From assembly GCA_965248265.1 (NCBI GenBank), contig CBDFJF010000002.1, positions 2,048,001 through 2,112,000 of the forward strand: DNA of 64,000 nt, read 5' to 3'. Shown here piece after piece: positions 7,139-18,400 of the stretch. A program made the position numbers and the translations under genes. The DNA is from Candidatus Latescibacterota bacterium. GTDB lineage: Bacteria; Latescibacterota; UBA2968; UBA8231. Each line of letters begins with the position of its first letter. The first letter of the stretch is position 1. Below the pieces are notes generated by a model. The model made no database searches. It was not told where the DNA came from and saw only the letters and a program-made list of their open reading frames with translations.

Positions 7139-9410
7139 AAGAACACCTCCTGCCAGAAATTTAACTTGGCGCTTCGAGGTGTCCACTCTCTTGGGGAAGT
7201 ATCAGTTCAGTCCGAGCGCCTGCTGCTCAAAATGCTCAAGCCCCAGTTCGTGATTCATGACATGAAGCCGACGGCGGCGATTAGCGCTCGCCTCGAGGGG
7301 GTCGATGACGCGAAGATAACTCAGGCTTACAACCAGCCGGGTTACTCAGAGGTCATCCATCTCCCAGACTGGTTTTCGACTGAATCTGGACCTTTCGACG
7401 AATACCTCGCTGATCATGCCTGTGAGGCGAGCGCACAGCAATCCTTCTGCATGCTGGCCGACATCCCTGAGTTCCACCCCAACGACGAGGAAGCGGGTGG
7501 ATACCACTATGTCGGTCCCTTACTCGATCAGCCCGCCGAACCCGAGCATGTAGAGTTACTTGATGCCGATTGGGACCAGTCGCTGCCTCTTGTCTATCTG
7601 ACGTGCGGAAGCAGCGGACGATCGCCCGACTATCTGGATGATTTCATCGCGGCGGTGAAAGACCGTCCCTTTCGGGTCCTGATCACGACGGCGGGTCGGT
7701 GGACTGATTCCAATGAGGGGGCGGCGTTGCCGCGCAATGTGCGCGTTACCGATTTCGTCCCGGGGGAGTGGGTTCTGAGGCGAGCACAGATGATGATCGG
7801 GGTCGTCGGTATCGGCTCGATCTACCAGGCTCTCGGAAATGGTGTTCCCGTAGCCGGCGCGCCGGAGCATCTCGATCAAGAGTACCACCTGAATCGTGTC
7901 GAAGCGCTGGGTTTGGGTGCCAAACTGGACCGTCGGGATCTCGGCACAACGACCCTCATCGATGCGATCGAATCCATGCTCGCGAATCTCAAGGGCTTTC
8001 AAAAGCGCTGTGCCGTTTTCTCGAGCGCCCTCAAGGGATTCGATGGCGCCAGTCGGGTTGCCGACCTGGTGGACGCTCATTTTATATCCCGGAACAAGGC
8101 CTATAGAGTTGACCAGTCCGAAATGGTGACGGCCGAGGAGTTCCTTCACTACCTGAATCACACAACCCCGCCGGAACTGTCACGGGAAGAGGTGAGCCGA
8201 ATTCTGCAGAATGGGTTGCGCAGCGGGATTCCACATTGCCGCCAGAGCAAGCGTATCTATTTCGACCATTTGGACAGCTGGAATTGGCTGTATGACAACG
8301 AGCCGGCCTTTTTCGAGGCCGATTATCGGGCCTCAGAGAACAAGCGGCGCCAGTTTTTCGCCAGCAACAACGGCCACGTGCGCTGCCTCGAGGCTTGGCA
8401 ACGATTCCAGGTGACTTACCAATACAGGATCTTCCCTCGACCGCCGGCCGAGTACAGGCCGCTGGCGCCGGGTCAGCGACTCAAGCTGTTCATCCCCTTC
8501 CCGATTCACAAACCCGGACATCAGATCGACGTTGAGCTCAAGTCGTGCTCATCCGAGGCCATGGTCTCCTCTTTCGTGCCTCAACTCGGATTCATGTATG
8601 GCTTCGAGAGCGAGGTGCACTCCGACTCCAGGCCGCTGGAGTTCAGTTACAGCTGTGAACTGAGTGTTCGTGAGCAGGGTACGGGCGAAGGAGAACGCGA
8701 GCTCACCGAAGCGGAGCGTCACGGCAATCTGGAAGTCGACCCCGAGATCGCGCGGCTTCCGGAAGTGATCCAGTTCAGGCAACGGTTGGCCCCGGCGGAT
8801 GATAGCCGAGCTGCCATGGCGCGCGCCATCTATGATGAACTGGCTCGGTCGAGGCGCTTTCGCAAAACGAAGGACCGCTCTCACAACATGCTTTACTGCA
8901 CCGCCTCGATTCTGAGCGGCAAGAGTGGCCACTGCGTGACGATGTCACGCGCCTACATGGCTCTGTGCCGCCTCGAGGGCATACCGGTCCGTGAGATCTC
9001 GGGTGCACTTGCAGGCTATCCGTCGGGAAATGGCGGGTTCCAGATGAAGACCTATTGCGAGCCGGTCTTCGGACATACCTGGGTTGAGATCTTTCTGGAG
9101 GGGGAAGGGTGGATGCCTGTGGAGTTTCATTCCATCGTCATCGGTGAGCAGGCTCTCACCAAGGGCAACGTAACCGACGACGTTACCAGGGCCCTGGTGG
9201 CTGAGAACTCAAAGCGGTATCACGACTACTACTTCGGCAATCTGGACAATCACCGCCTGGTGTGCTCGAACTCCGTCAAGCAGATCCCACAGGCCATGGT
9301 CGAAGACCCCACGTTGCCCCTCGACCACGATGATCATTGGTCCCCGGCGCACGATCTGCGCTATGACTGCTCGCTGCAGTTTACGAAGGTGTGAGCGCGA
9401 GAGGACAGGC

Positions 9411-10505
9411 ATGGTCGATATCAGTGTAATCATCCCGACATACAATCAAATGGAGCGGCTGCGTCTGGTGCTTTGCGGCCTCGAGAATCAGCGTCTGGAG
9501 TCGTCACGCTATGAGGTCATCGTCGTCGACGATGGCTGCACGGACGGTACACCGGAGATGGTAGCACAGCGCATGGCGGATGGGGATTGCGGGAATCTCA
9601 GCCTGATTTCTGCCAATCCGAAAAAGGGTCGCAGTGCGGCGCGCAATCGGGGGCTTGAGGAGGCCACGGGTGATGTGGTCGTATTCCTCGACGGCGACGC
9701 TCTTCCCGCACCGGATCATCTGGAGCGGTTCGCACAGGCGATTGAGGACCACGGTCCCCAATGCCTGCTGTGCGGCATGCAGTACAGCTTGCCCGAGCTC
9801 GAGTTTTTCAAGGATCCGCAGAGTGGGGCGCTATATCCGGATGTGCCGGTAGCCAGCGTCGTCAAGGATTACGTGGGCCTGCGTCGCCAGGAGCTCATCG
9901 TCACGGAGGAGATGATCATCCGCGATTTCGACGCCATCCGGTCAAGGGCCAAGGAGGGCGGCTACCCCTTCGAAGAATCGAAACGTCGTCAGGAGGAGGC
10001 ACGCGCGCTGCTGTACTCGCGACCCGATGCCGAGAGCACCTGGTTGGCTTTCATTCCGCACAACGGCGCCGGACCCAGACAGCTACTGTTGGAGGCGGGC
10101 GGATTCGACGAGGAGATCCCGTTCAGCGAGGGGTGGGAACTCGCCTATCGGATGCGGCGGGAGCACGGTTGTGACATTCGCTGGGTCCAGGCGGACACCT
10201 TCCATCTGTACCACTACCACCCGTTCCTGGACCCTGAAGGGGGAAAGCGCGAAGGGCAAATCCGCTATCGCGCCATCGAATACATGGTTGCCAAGCACGA
10301 TGATGAGCGCATCCGTCTTCTCTACTTCTGGTACGCCCACCTGTGGCCTGATTTCTACATCCCGCAGGAGGCCGTCGTTCAGGATCTCGTTCATTTCGAC
10401 CAACTGTACACCGATCTGTGCGCCGATACCTGGCGTCAGCACCAGGTGATTCTCGAGCACCATCCATCCCAATTTCTGAAACAAGCGATTGAGGCTGTGA
10501 TATGA
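9411..10505 (+). CDS. Glycosyltransferase family 2
   Basis: ISVIIPTYN, EVIVVDDGCTDGT, GRSAARNRG, VVFLDGD, GGFDE. Start placed at ATG 9411 after GAGGA. Confidence 0.92.
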   Translation: MVDISVIIPTYNQMERLRLVLCGLENQRLESSRYEVIVVDDGCTDGTPEMVAQRMADGDCGNLSLISANPKKGRSAARNRGLEEATGDVVVFLDGDALPAPDHLERFAQAIEDHGPQCLLCGMQYSLPELEFFKDPQSGALYPDVPVASVVKDYVGLRRQELIVTEEMIIRDFDAIRSRAKEGGYPFEESKRRQEEARALLYSRPDAESTWLAFIPHNGAGPRQLLLEAGGFDEEIPFSEGWELAYRMRREHGCDIRWVQADTFHLYHYHPFLDPEGGKREGQIRYRAIEYMVAKHDDERIRLLYFWYAHLWPDFYIPQEAVVQDLVHFDQLYTDLCADTWRQHQVILEHHPSQFLKQAIEAVI

Positions 10506-11728
10506 TCCAGACAAACGGTACTCTCAAGGAAAAACAGCTCATAGAGGCACTGGAGCTGCACGAAAAGGGGGATGACCGTCGCGGTCTGGCCCTCGACTGC
10601 TATCAGCTCGGCGTCATTCACCAGGACGGGGGCCGCCTGGAGAGCGCCGAGCGTCTGTTTCGGCGGGCCCTGGTGCTGTGCGAAGCGCTGCAGGACATCA
10701 GTGGCGCGGCGGCGGCGCATGCGCGCTTGGGTCTCTTGTTCGAGATCTACGGCGACACCGGCCAGGCGAGGTTCTTCCTGGAGGAGGCTTGCCGTATGCA
10801 CCAGGCCGCGGAGGACAGGTCCGGCCTGGCGAGCGACTACGGGTATCTCGGCTTTATCGACTTCATCGAGGGTGATCACGCGTCGGCGGAGGAGCGTCTG
10901 CGTGAGGCGTTGCGCATGAATGAGCAGCTGGGGAACGAGGCTCGCGCTGCCGAGGACATGGGGAACATCGGCAATGTCTACCTAGCCAAGGGTGATTTCG
11001 AGGAGGCGGAGACGATGTATCACAAAGCCCTGGCGCAATACGAGAAGCTCGGCGATCAAAAAGGAATGGGCAGTCTGTATCGGAGTCTCGGACGACTGTG
11101 GCTGGAGCGCGATGATCCCGAGCAGGCAAAGGTGTTTTTCGAGCTCGGTCTCGGGTTGCACACGCAAGTGGGCTGGGTGCTGGGAGAGGCGCTACAGCAT
11201 GATGGCATTGCCCTGGTGTACGAACGAACCGGTCTCGCTGATAAGGCGGAGGAGTGTTACCAGCGAAGTCTGGAACTGTTGCGCGAAACCGGGCATCGCA
11301 CCCAAATCGCTCGAGCGCAGACGCAGCTGGGTACTTTGCGCGCGACCCGTGGAGAGCTGGACGGAGCCTGTGATTCGTTCGAAGAGGCCCTCGAGCTTCA
11401 CGAGCAAATCGGGGATTACAGCGGCGTGGCGTACGCCTGCAGGCGACTCGGGACGATCTACTTGAATCCTGCCAACCCCGATCTCGAGCGCGCTGAGCAG
11501 ATGTACCAAAAGGCACTGGGGATTTATCGCGAGCAGGGGGACGAACGTGGCGAGGGAGCGGTTTTCTCCGGATTGGGAAATCTGGCAGCCCGTCGTGGCG
11601 ATGTCTCGCAAGCCATCGGTATGTGGAAGGTCGCATCAGAACGGTTCAAGAAACTTGGCATCGTCGATCAGGTAGAGAAGCTGGATATCGCCATGAAGCA
11701 GATCTGGTCGCGCGGCATGGTCGCGTAG
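10502..11728 (+). CDS. Tetratricopeptide-repeat protein (TPR_12-like, no other domain seen)
   Basis: Successive long TPR-like repeats (LGxxxxxxGxxxxAxxxYxxAL). ATGA overlap with the GT2 gene. Confidence 0.9.
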   Translation: MIQTNGTLKEKQLIEALELHEKGDDRRGLALDCYQLGVIHQDGGRLESAERLFRRALVLCEALQDISGAAAAHARLGLLFEIYGDTGQARFFLEEACRMHQAAEDRSGLASDYGYLGFIDFIEGDHASAEERLREALRMNEQLGNEARAAEDMGNIGNVYLAKGDFEEAETMYHKALAQYEKLGDQKGMGSLYRSLGRLWLERDDPEQAKVFFELGLGLHTQVGWVLGEALQHDGIALVYERTGLADKAEECYQRSLELLRETGHRTQIARAQTQLGTLRATRGELDGACDSFEEALELHEQIGDYSGVAYACRRLGTIYLNPANPDLERAEQMYQKALGIYREQGDERGEGAVFSGLGNLAARRGDVSQAIGMWKVASERFKKLGIVDQVEKLDIAMKQIWSRGMVA

Positions 11729-11743
11729 AAAGAAGAAACCATC

Positions 11744-13012
11744 GTGACCTATCAGGATTCTTCCGGAACAAGAGCCGTCGGATACCGTGAGGTGTTGCGT
11801 GTTGTCACGCGACTTATGCGGGATCAGATCTGGCGCATGGACCGTCCCGAGGACTGGCAACGTGCGCTCACAGCCCTGATAGACGCGTTGAAGGCGTTGC
11901 GTATTCCATTCGACAGTTGTGACCTGCACCATGTCGATTCGGCGAGTGAGGCTCCTGCCATTCCGCACCTGTTCTCGTGGAGAGACAATCGCTGGCGTCA
12001 AACGGTTGTGGGAGAGGACAGGGACACAATTTCACAGATATGGCGACGTGGAGAGCCCGACCATCGAACCGACGTCGCTGCCGTCGACGCGCACGACCAG
12101 GGCGACATTTTGAGGATGCGGCATGGCTATGCCATCCGCTCGGCACTCGACGTTCCATTCGCCAACGGAGTTCTGTCGCTCTACAGCAGCTCCGCAAACG
12201 CGTTCTCGGAACGCGATATCGAGATGGTTATCGAACTCGCCGAGGGCCTCGTTACCCTGTACAACCGTCTCGATGATCTCAAAGAGTTGGAGGCCAAGCA
12301 ACGGCAGGTAGAGCAGGCACAGCGACTCGAAATGGTGGGGCAGTTGGCAGCCGGCATGGCACACGAAATCAACAACTGTCTGTCCGTCATTCTGGGGCAG
12401 AGCGAGTTGCTGCTGCTGGACCAGCTCGATCCGGGCGTTCGCGAGAGTGTCCAGCTGATTTCCAAAGCCGCCGAGGGAACCAAGTACAGCTCGCGGCGAT
12501 TGTTGGATATGGCGCGAGGACAGGAGCCTGAGCGGGCGCCGATCGATCTGAACACCCTGGTCATGGAATCGGTCGAACTCGTGCGTCGGCAATTCAAGCG
12601 AGAGGAAATCGAGATAGTCGATGAACTCGGTGCGGGGCTACCGCTCGTCAACGGTGAGCCGACTCAACTGCAACAGATCGTGATCAATCTGCTGCAGAAC
12701 GGTCGGGACGCGCTCAGGGGCAGAAGGCGATCGGGGCTTATTCGAATTCGGACACGGCGACTCGACAACAGGGTGACGCTGTCGGTCGAGGATGACGGGC
12801 CCGGCGTTCCCGAGCGCATCCGTGATAGAATCTTTGAACCCTTCTTCAGTACCAAGGAGAAGGGCAAGGGGACTGGTCTCGGTTTGAGTATCTGTCAGAC
12901 CATAGCTCACAACCACAGTGGCTACTTAAGACTTGAATCCTCATCCCGGGGCACCTGCGTTGTCCTGGATCTGCCTATCGCAGACAAGGCAGCATTGCAG
13001 GCGTTCAACTGA
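11744..13012 (+). CDS. Cytoplasmic sensor histidine kinase (GAF-like, HisKA, HATPase)
   Basis: [14 protein letters not shown]-box, [14 protein letters not shown]-box, [24 protein letters not shown]. No transmembrane segment evident. Confidence 0.93.
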   Translation: MTYQDSSGTRAVGYREVLRVVTRLMRDQIWRMDRPEDWQRALTALIDALKALRIPFDSCDLHHVDSASEAPAIPHLFSWRDNRWRQTVVGEDRDTISQIWRRGEPDHRTDVAAVDAHDQGDILRMRHGYAIRSALDVPFANGVLSLYSSSANAFSERDIEMVIELAEGLVTLYNRLDDLKELEAKQRQVEQAQRLEMVGQLAAGMAHEINNCLSVILGQSELLLLDQLDPGVRESVQLISKAAEGTKYSSRRLLDMARGQEPERAPIDLNTLVMESVELVRRQFKREEIEIVDELGAGLPLVNGEPTQLQQIVINLLQNGRDALRGRRRSGLIRIRTRRLDNRVTLSVEDDGPGVPERIRDRIFEPFFSTKEKGKGTGLGLSICQTIAHNHSGYLRLESSSRGTCVVLDLPIADKAALQAFN

Positions 13013-13141
13013 TCGATCGCTGAACGCTGATCACCCGGTTACTCCGCTGCACCCCATGCAGTGGAAATCCGCCCAATATCCCGACGATACAGGCCGGCAA
13101 AATCGTCCTCTGACCCCTAGATAACATGCGGTCAGAGGATG

Positions 13142-13170
13142 TTGACGTTCCACTTGTACGGAAATAGTTT
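13142..13170 (+). promoter_or_regulatory. Putative sigma70 promoter
   Basis: TTGACG-N17-TAGTTT upstream of the transporter operon. Confidence 0.45.
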
Positions 13171-13345
13171 AATCCAGCTTCGGTCATTCGGGCGGCCTCC
13201 GCTCTGAGTCGCGCGCGCGATCGGCACGGCCTTCGACACGACCGCGATCGCCTCCTGCCGCGTGCATCAGTGACATCACACTCATAGCAATAGAAGACCT
13301 GGGTTGAAGATCGGTCTGCCGCAAGACTTCAGACAGTATCTCTCG

Positions 13346-15469
13346 ATGCGGGGTACGTCCGTCACGGGTGAAGAGACGGCCGAGCACCGGCCATTGACCG
13401 TACGTGCACTGGTGATTGGCACCTTCCTGTCGTTCTTTCTCGGTGTCGGCTCCAACTACGCCGATCTGGTTATCTCCGGCAGCTACATGACCCTCGATTT
13501 CAGCGCACCGGGGGCGATCTTCCTCTTCCTCGTGCTTGTCGGATTCCTGAACAGCCTGTTCAAGTTGACCGCCAAAGACTGGCGGATCTCGGGCGTTGTG
13601 TTCGCTGCCGTCGCCGCAGCTTACCTAGCACACTTCTATCCCTATGACGACATGCCCCTATGGTCACCGGGGGTTCTGTTCACCAGCTTCCTCGTCGCCT
13701 GCCTGCTCGCGAACACGATGCTGGCCGCCATGGGCAAGAACATGGCCCTGAATCGCTCCGAGCTGATCGTCGTTTACGTCATGCTCATCATCGTGGCCTC
13801 GTTCGCGACGATGGGACTGTGCGAGACCCTGTTGCCGGCAATCACCGGCGTCTTCTACTACGCCAATCCCGACAACAAATGGGCCGAGCTGCTGTTTCCG
13901 CACCTGCCCCTCGACATCATGCTGGACGACGGCAATACCAACCGGTCGTTCTTCGAGGGATTCGCGACACCGGAGTATCGCATACCCTACGAGCTCTGGA
14001 TCCGGCCGATGGCGATGTGGGGCGTGTTTCTCCTGGCTCTGTACGTGGCCATGGTGAGCACGGCCGTCATTCTGCGGCGGCAGTGGATGGACAGGGAGCG
14101 CCTGTCCTACCCGCTGGTGCAGACGGCGCAGGAGATTATCCGCGGCGAAGAGGACAGCCGCATCGTCAACCCGTTCTTCAAGAGCTGGGCGATGTGGTCC
14201 GGGGCATCGATTCCCATACTGGTAGGGTTGTTCACTGGATTGAACCGCCATCTCGGAGGTTGGCCCGTCATCACGACCGGTTGGTCGTTCCCGATTTACG
14301 GTGGCCAGAGCATCAACATGACGCTCAGCTTCGCGGTCCTGGGTTTTTCGTACTTGATCGGGCCCGATATCGCCATGGGTATTTGGGGATTCGCACTACT
14401 GAACAAAGTGGAGAGCATGATTTTCGTGAGTCAGGGCGTGACCAAGCAACAGGAAGTGTGGGCGGTGAAGGTCTCCGAGCTGATGAACTACCAGGGTCTG
14501 GGCGCTCTGATCGTGTTCGTCCTACTGGGACTGTGGGTAGGTCGAGAACACCTGGCCCAGGTGGGGAGGAAGTTCCTCGGTTTGTCATCCAGGCTCAGCG
14601 ATGACAACGAGATCATGTCCTACCGCGCTGCCGTACTGAGCCTGCTGTCGGGCGTGATCGTTATGGTTGGATGGTTCGCGTACCTGGGAACGCCGCTGTG
14701 GGCGAGTGTTCTCTTTATCGGATTGGCCTTTATCATCTTCATCGGTCTCTCGAGGGTGGTCGCCGAATCCGGCATCCCCGCTATCATCTCACCTATGGTA
14801 GCGCCAGACTTCATGGTCTACGGCCTGGGCTCGAAGCTGCTGGGGACTCAGGCCATCGCCAACTTCTCGATGAGCTACATCTTCGCCACCGACATCCGCG
14901 TGTTTTTGATGGGCATGTGTGCGAACGGACTCAAGCTCGTCGAGGGCATGACGAAGACGGCTCGTCGCCAGGTGTTCTGGGCGATCATGATCGCCATCGT
15001 CGTCGGCTTGACGGGCTCTCTGTACACCATCATGGAGGCGTCCTACCGCGACGGCGGCATCAACACCTCCAACTGGTTTTTTAAAGGTATGCCGATCATC
15101 ATCTACGAGACCGCGGAGGCCGGTCTTGAAGAGAGTAGCGGAGTGTACTGGCCAGGCATGGGCTTCATGACGCTCGGCGGCGCTGGCATGCTGGGGTTGA
15201 CCTGGCTGCGCCAGCGCTTCCTGTGGTGGCCCCTGCACCCGATCGGTTTCCCCATCATGGCCAGCTGGATCGTCGACTGGATGTGGTTCAGTGTGTTCCT
15301 GGCCTGGCTGATCAAGGTAATCATCCTGCGGTACGGCGGTGCCGAGCTGTTCAACAAGAGCCGGATTTTCTTCCTCGGGATCATCACCGGCCGCATGCTG
15401 ATCTCTGGAATGTGGCTCGTCGTCGACTACGTGACCGGCTTCGTCGGCAACAGCATTTTCTGGATATAG
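13346..15469 (+). CDS. Polytopic membrane protein, DUF6785/DUF6784-like (OPT-related putative peptide transporter); start uncertain (13304 or 13346)
   Basis: Many hydrophobic segments. Motifs ILRRQWMDRERLSYPL and RQRFLWWPLHPIGF recalled from this family. Confidence 0.75.
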   Translation: MRGTSVTGEETAEHRPLTVRALVIGTFLSFFLGVGSNYADLVISGSYMTLDFSAPGAIFLFLVLVGFLNSLFKLTAKDWRISGVVFAAVAAAYLAHFYPYDDMPLWSPGVLFTSFLVACLLANTMLAAMGKNMALNRSELIVVYVMLIIVASFATMGLCETLLPAITGVFYYANPDNKWAELLFPHLPLDIMLDDGNTNRSFFEGFATPEYRIPYELWIRPMAMWGVFLLALYVAMVSTAVILRRQWMDRERLSYPLVQTAQEIIRGEEDSRIVNPFFKSWAMWSGASIPILVGLFTGLNRHLGGWPVITTGWSFPIYGGQSINMTLSFAVLGFSYLIGPDIAMGIWGFALLNKVESMIFVSQGVTKQQEVWAVKVSELMNYQGLGALIVFVLLGLWVGREHLAQVGRKFLGLSSRLSDDNEIMSYRAAVLSLLSGVIVMVGWFAYLGTPLWASVLFIGLAFIIFIGLSRVVAESGIPAIISPMVAPDFMVYGLGSKLLGTQAIANFSMSYIFATDIRVFLMGMCANGLKLVEGMTKTARRQVFWAIMIAIVVGLTGSLYTIMEASYRDGGINTSNWFFKGMPIIIYETAEAGLEESSGVYWPGMGFMTLGGAGMLGLTWLRQRFLWWPLHPIGFPIMASWIVDWMWFSVFLAWLIKVIILRYGGAELFNKSRIFFLGIITGRMLISGMWLVVDYVTGFVGNSIFWI

Positions 15470-15473
15470 GCAG

Positions 15474-18400
15474 ATGCACGGCTCACCTCAACTCCTCTTC
15501 ATCTGCGTTGCAGCGTTGCTTTGCGGTGGGTGGACGAGCGCCCATGGGAAACAGCTGCGGTTGAAGGAGACGATCACAGCGCTGTCCACGCAGGGCTCTC
15601 GCCTGGCAGGGTATCCCGGCGACCGCTTCGCGGCCGACCTGGTCGAACGAGAGTTGATCGCCGCGGGCGTGGAAGGCGTCACGCGCGAGCCCTACGAAGT
15701 GGTCGTGCCCATGGACCACGGCGCTTCTCTCCGGATCCTGCGAAGCGACGGCAATTCACACTCCGATGAACCGAAGATTGAGCTCAAGTCGCTGTGGCCT
15801 AACCTGGTTCGCACCAATACCCTGGGTCCGCAAGGGCTGGAGGGGGAGCTGATCTACGCCGGCAACGGTGACTATGCCGATTTTAACGGCGAGCGAGTTC
15901 AGGGCAGCATCGCGCTCATGGAGTTCAACAGTGGTAAGAACTGGAAAAACGCTGCCGCGCTTGGGGTGGCCGCCGTCATCTTCATCGAACCTGAGGAGAC
16001 GTCCCGTATAGAGAGCCGGCGGAAGTGGAGTTGGGCTCCCGTCCACGTGCCTCGCTTTTGGATCGACCGCGCCTCCGGCAGTGCCTTGCGCCAGCGTGTG
16101 GAGGACGCAGGTGGGCTGCGGGTTCGCCTGCAGGCGCGCATGGACTGGGAACTCCACAAGACCTGGAACATCTGGGGAATCGTTCCCGGTACGGATCCAG
16201 AATTGGCCGACGAGTTGGTTGCCGTGCACGCTTACTACGACGGCATCTCGGTCGTTCCCGCAGACAATCCCGCCGCCGAAAGCGCGTCGAGTATCGCCGG
16301 CCTGCTCGAATTTGCCCATTACCTGAAGGCTCATCCTCCGGGACGGCCGGTGGCTCTGGTGGCGACCGGGTCACACTTTCTGGGACATAAAGGTGTCTTC
16401 GAATTCTTCGACCGGCATGCGCGCACCGACCCGCTCCTCAAGAGCAGGATGCCGAAGCGCCTGGTTGCCGATGGCGTCGATACCCGTCGTCTTGTAGCGG
16501 CCGTCCAGGAGCGGGGGTTGGACCTCGACTCGCTGGGGGTGGTCCTGCGTCCTGCGGCAGATTCACTGCAGGCACCGGTCTTCGACTCGGCGGACATCGA
16601 GAAGCTGGCCGCGTACGTGAAGCTGAGGCGTCTTGATCCCGACACACTCGGTGTCCCGCTCGAGCCAGACAGCCTCGCGATCGCTCTGTTCGTCGCTCTG
16701 GACCTGTCCAGCCGCAGCCGCCAGGTGGGCCTCATACACAGTGCACGGCAGCCGGAACACCGACGCATGTTCGTTCCCCTGGGACGCAGTTTCACGCGCT
16801 ACGCGGCGGCCGCGGCGACAAAGCACGGCCGCCGTCCCGACGGTCTCGTCAACCTGATCAGCCCGATCAAGGGACTCTCAGAGGATACTTACCTGTACTA
16901 CGGTTCGTATGTCGAAGCCGGTGAGGCGGCCAGGGATGTCGGCATCATGGCCCTCAATCTGGTGACCACGACCGATGCGCGCCTTGTCATCGATACCCCA
17001 CTCGACACTCCGGACAAGGTCGATTTCGTCAATCTTCAGCATCAGAGCGAGATGATCAACCAGGTCTTGCACAAAGCCCTGGGAGATCCCGATCTGTTCG
17101 GTCCGAACGCCATCGATAACAGGAAGAGTCACGAAAAGAACATCACCGATGAAAGGGCTACTATCGCCGGACGTCTGCGGTTGCTGCCCAAACGCGACGC
17201 CACTCCAGTCGACCCGGTGCCGAACGCCGTGGTCGTCATCGTCGACAATTTTTACGATGACTCGTGGCGACCTGGAGTGTACCTGGCGGATGAAGACGGG
17301 AATTACCAGGCGGGGGTGAGAAGGTGGAAATGCGAGGTGATGGGATTCCAGCTGGACGAGACCACCGGCGACATCACCTACGCGACCGACATGGGAGAGC
17401 GCGCTCAGGCGATCGGAAAGTTCGAGCAGACACCATCGAAGGCGGAAACGGTATGGACGACGATTCTGTTCCCGAGTGAGAGCATGGAGATCCACGAGCG
17501 CATTCACGCTCACCGCCATTGGACCTTCGGCAACTTCCATGAGGACATGAAGATCCTGGACCACAGGGGAGCCACGCCCCGTCAGTACGGTTTCGCTCTC
17601 GGGGACTACGACGAACAGATGATGGTCCTGTTCTCCACCTCGGGAGATTCGCTGCGTCTGGTAGATGAATCGATGGTGCTACTCAACAATGAGGGAGCCC
17701 GCGATGAGATCGAGGGGCAAGGCCACGGATTCGATCTGAGCACGAGCAAGATGGTGCCTTGGGCCGGCATGCAGTCGGCGGAGGACATGTGGCGTCTGGA
17801 CGAGCTGCGGATCGAGCGTATGCGGAGGTTCGCGATCGAGAATCCGCGCGTTGACGCGCTGCACGAACGCGCTCGCCTCTCGCTCGAACGTGCCACCGAG
17901 GCCATGGAAGCCCTCGACTGGGGGCATTATGCTAAATACGTCCGTGAAGCCCTGGGCTTCGAGTACCGGGCTTATCCTGACGTGAAGGGGACCCAGAGCG
18001 ATGTCCTGAACGGATTGGTGTTTTTTGTCGCCCTGTTGATTCCGGCGGCTTTCTTCAGCGAGCGTTTGATTTTCGCGTCGACGGACATCCGCCGGCAACT
18101 GACGTTGTTCGGTTTGATCCTGCTCGTGGTCTGGATCGTGCTTGCGCAGGTCCATCCCGCCTTCGGTCTGGCGCACCCGATCATAGTGCTGCTCGCGTTG
18201 ATGGTGCTGGTCACGGCTTTCTTCGTCATCTCCCTCATTGCCGGACGCTTCAACGGGTTCATGGATGAGCTGCGGGAGATGCGCACGGGCACCGTGGAGG
18301 GAGACATCAGCCGCGCCGGGACGGCCTACGTCGCTTTCATGCTCGGCATCTCCAACATGCGGCGGCGGGCACTGCGCACGAGTCTCACACTGGGGACGAT

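Larger units (their letters stand above)
5957..7204 (-). mobile_element. IS3-family insertion sequence (1248 bp)
   Basis: TG...CA ends. 27-bp imperfect terminal inverted repeats TGATACTCCCCCGGAAAAATGGACACC / TGATACTTCCCCAAGAGAGTGGACACC. 3-bp target duplication GTT (5954-5956, 7205-7207). orfA/orfB layout. Confidence 0.97.
5609..9394 (+). pseudogene. GT1/MGT-type glycosyltransferase fused to a transglutaminase-like domain, interrupted by IS3 (reconstructed length 844 aa)
   Basis: N-part VLVFFHGYSLAHTIRPLVVARSLRDRGYQV. Removing the IS and one GTT gives in-frame ...DRCV-QSERLLLK... UGT-like signature NVRVTDFVP...IYQALGNGVPV...P..LDQ. Transglutaminase-like core GHCVTMSRAYMALCRLEGIPVREISG...GHTWVEIFLEGEGWMPVE. 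Confidence 0.9.

Noticed and set aside
5033-9394. Assignment to lasso peptide, glycocin or lanthipeptide classes
   Set aside because: No asparagine-synthetase-like cyclase or RRE, no double-glycine leader with C39 transporter, no Cys-rich core and no Lan enzymes in the window.
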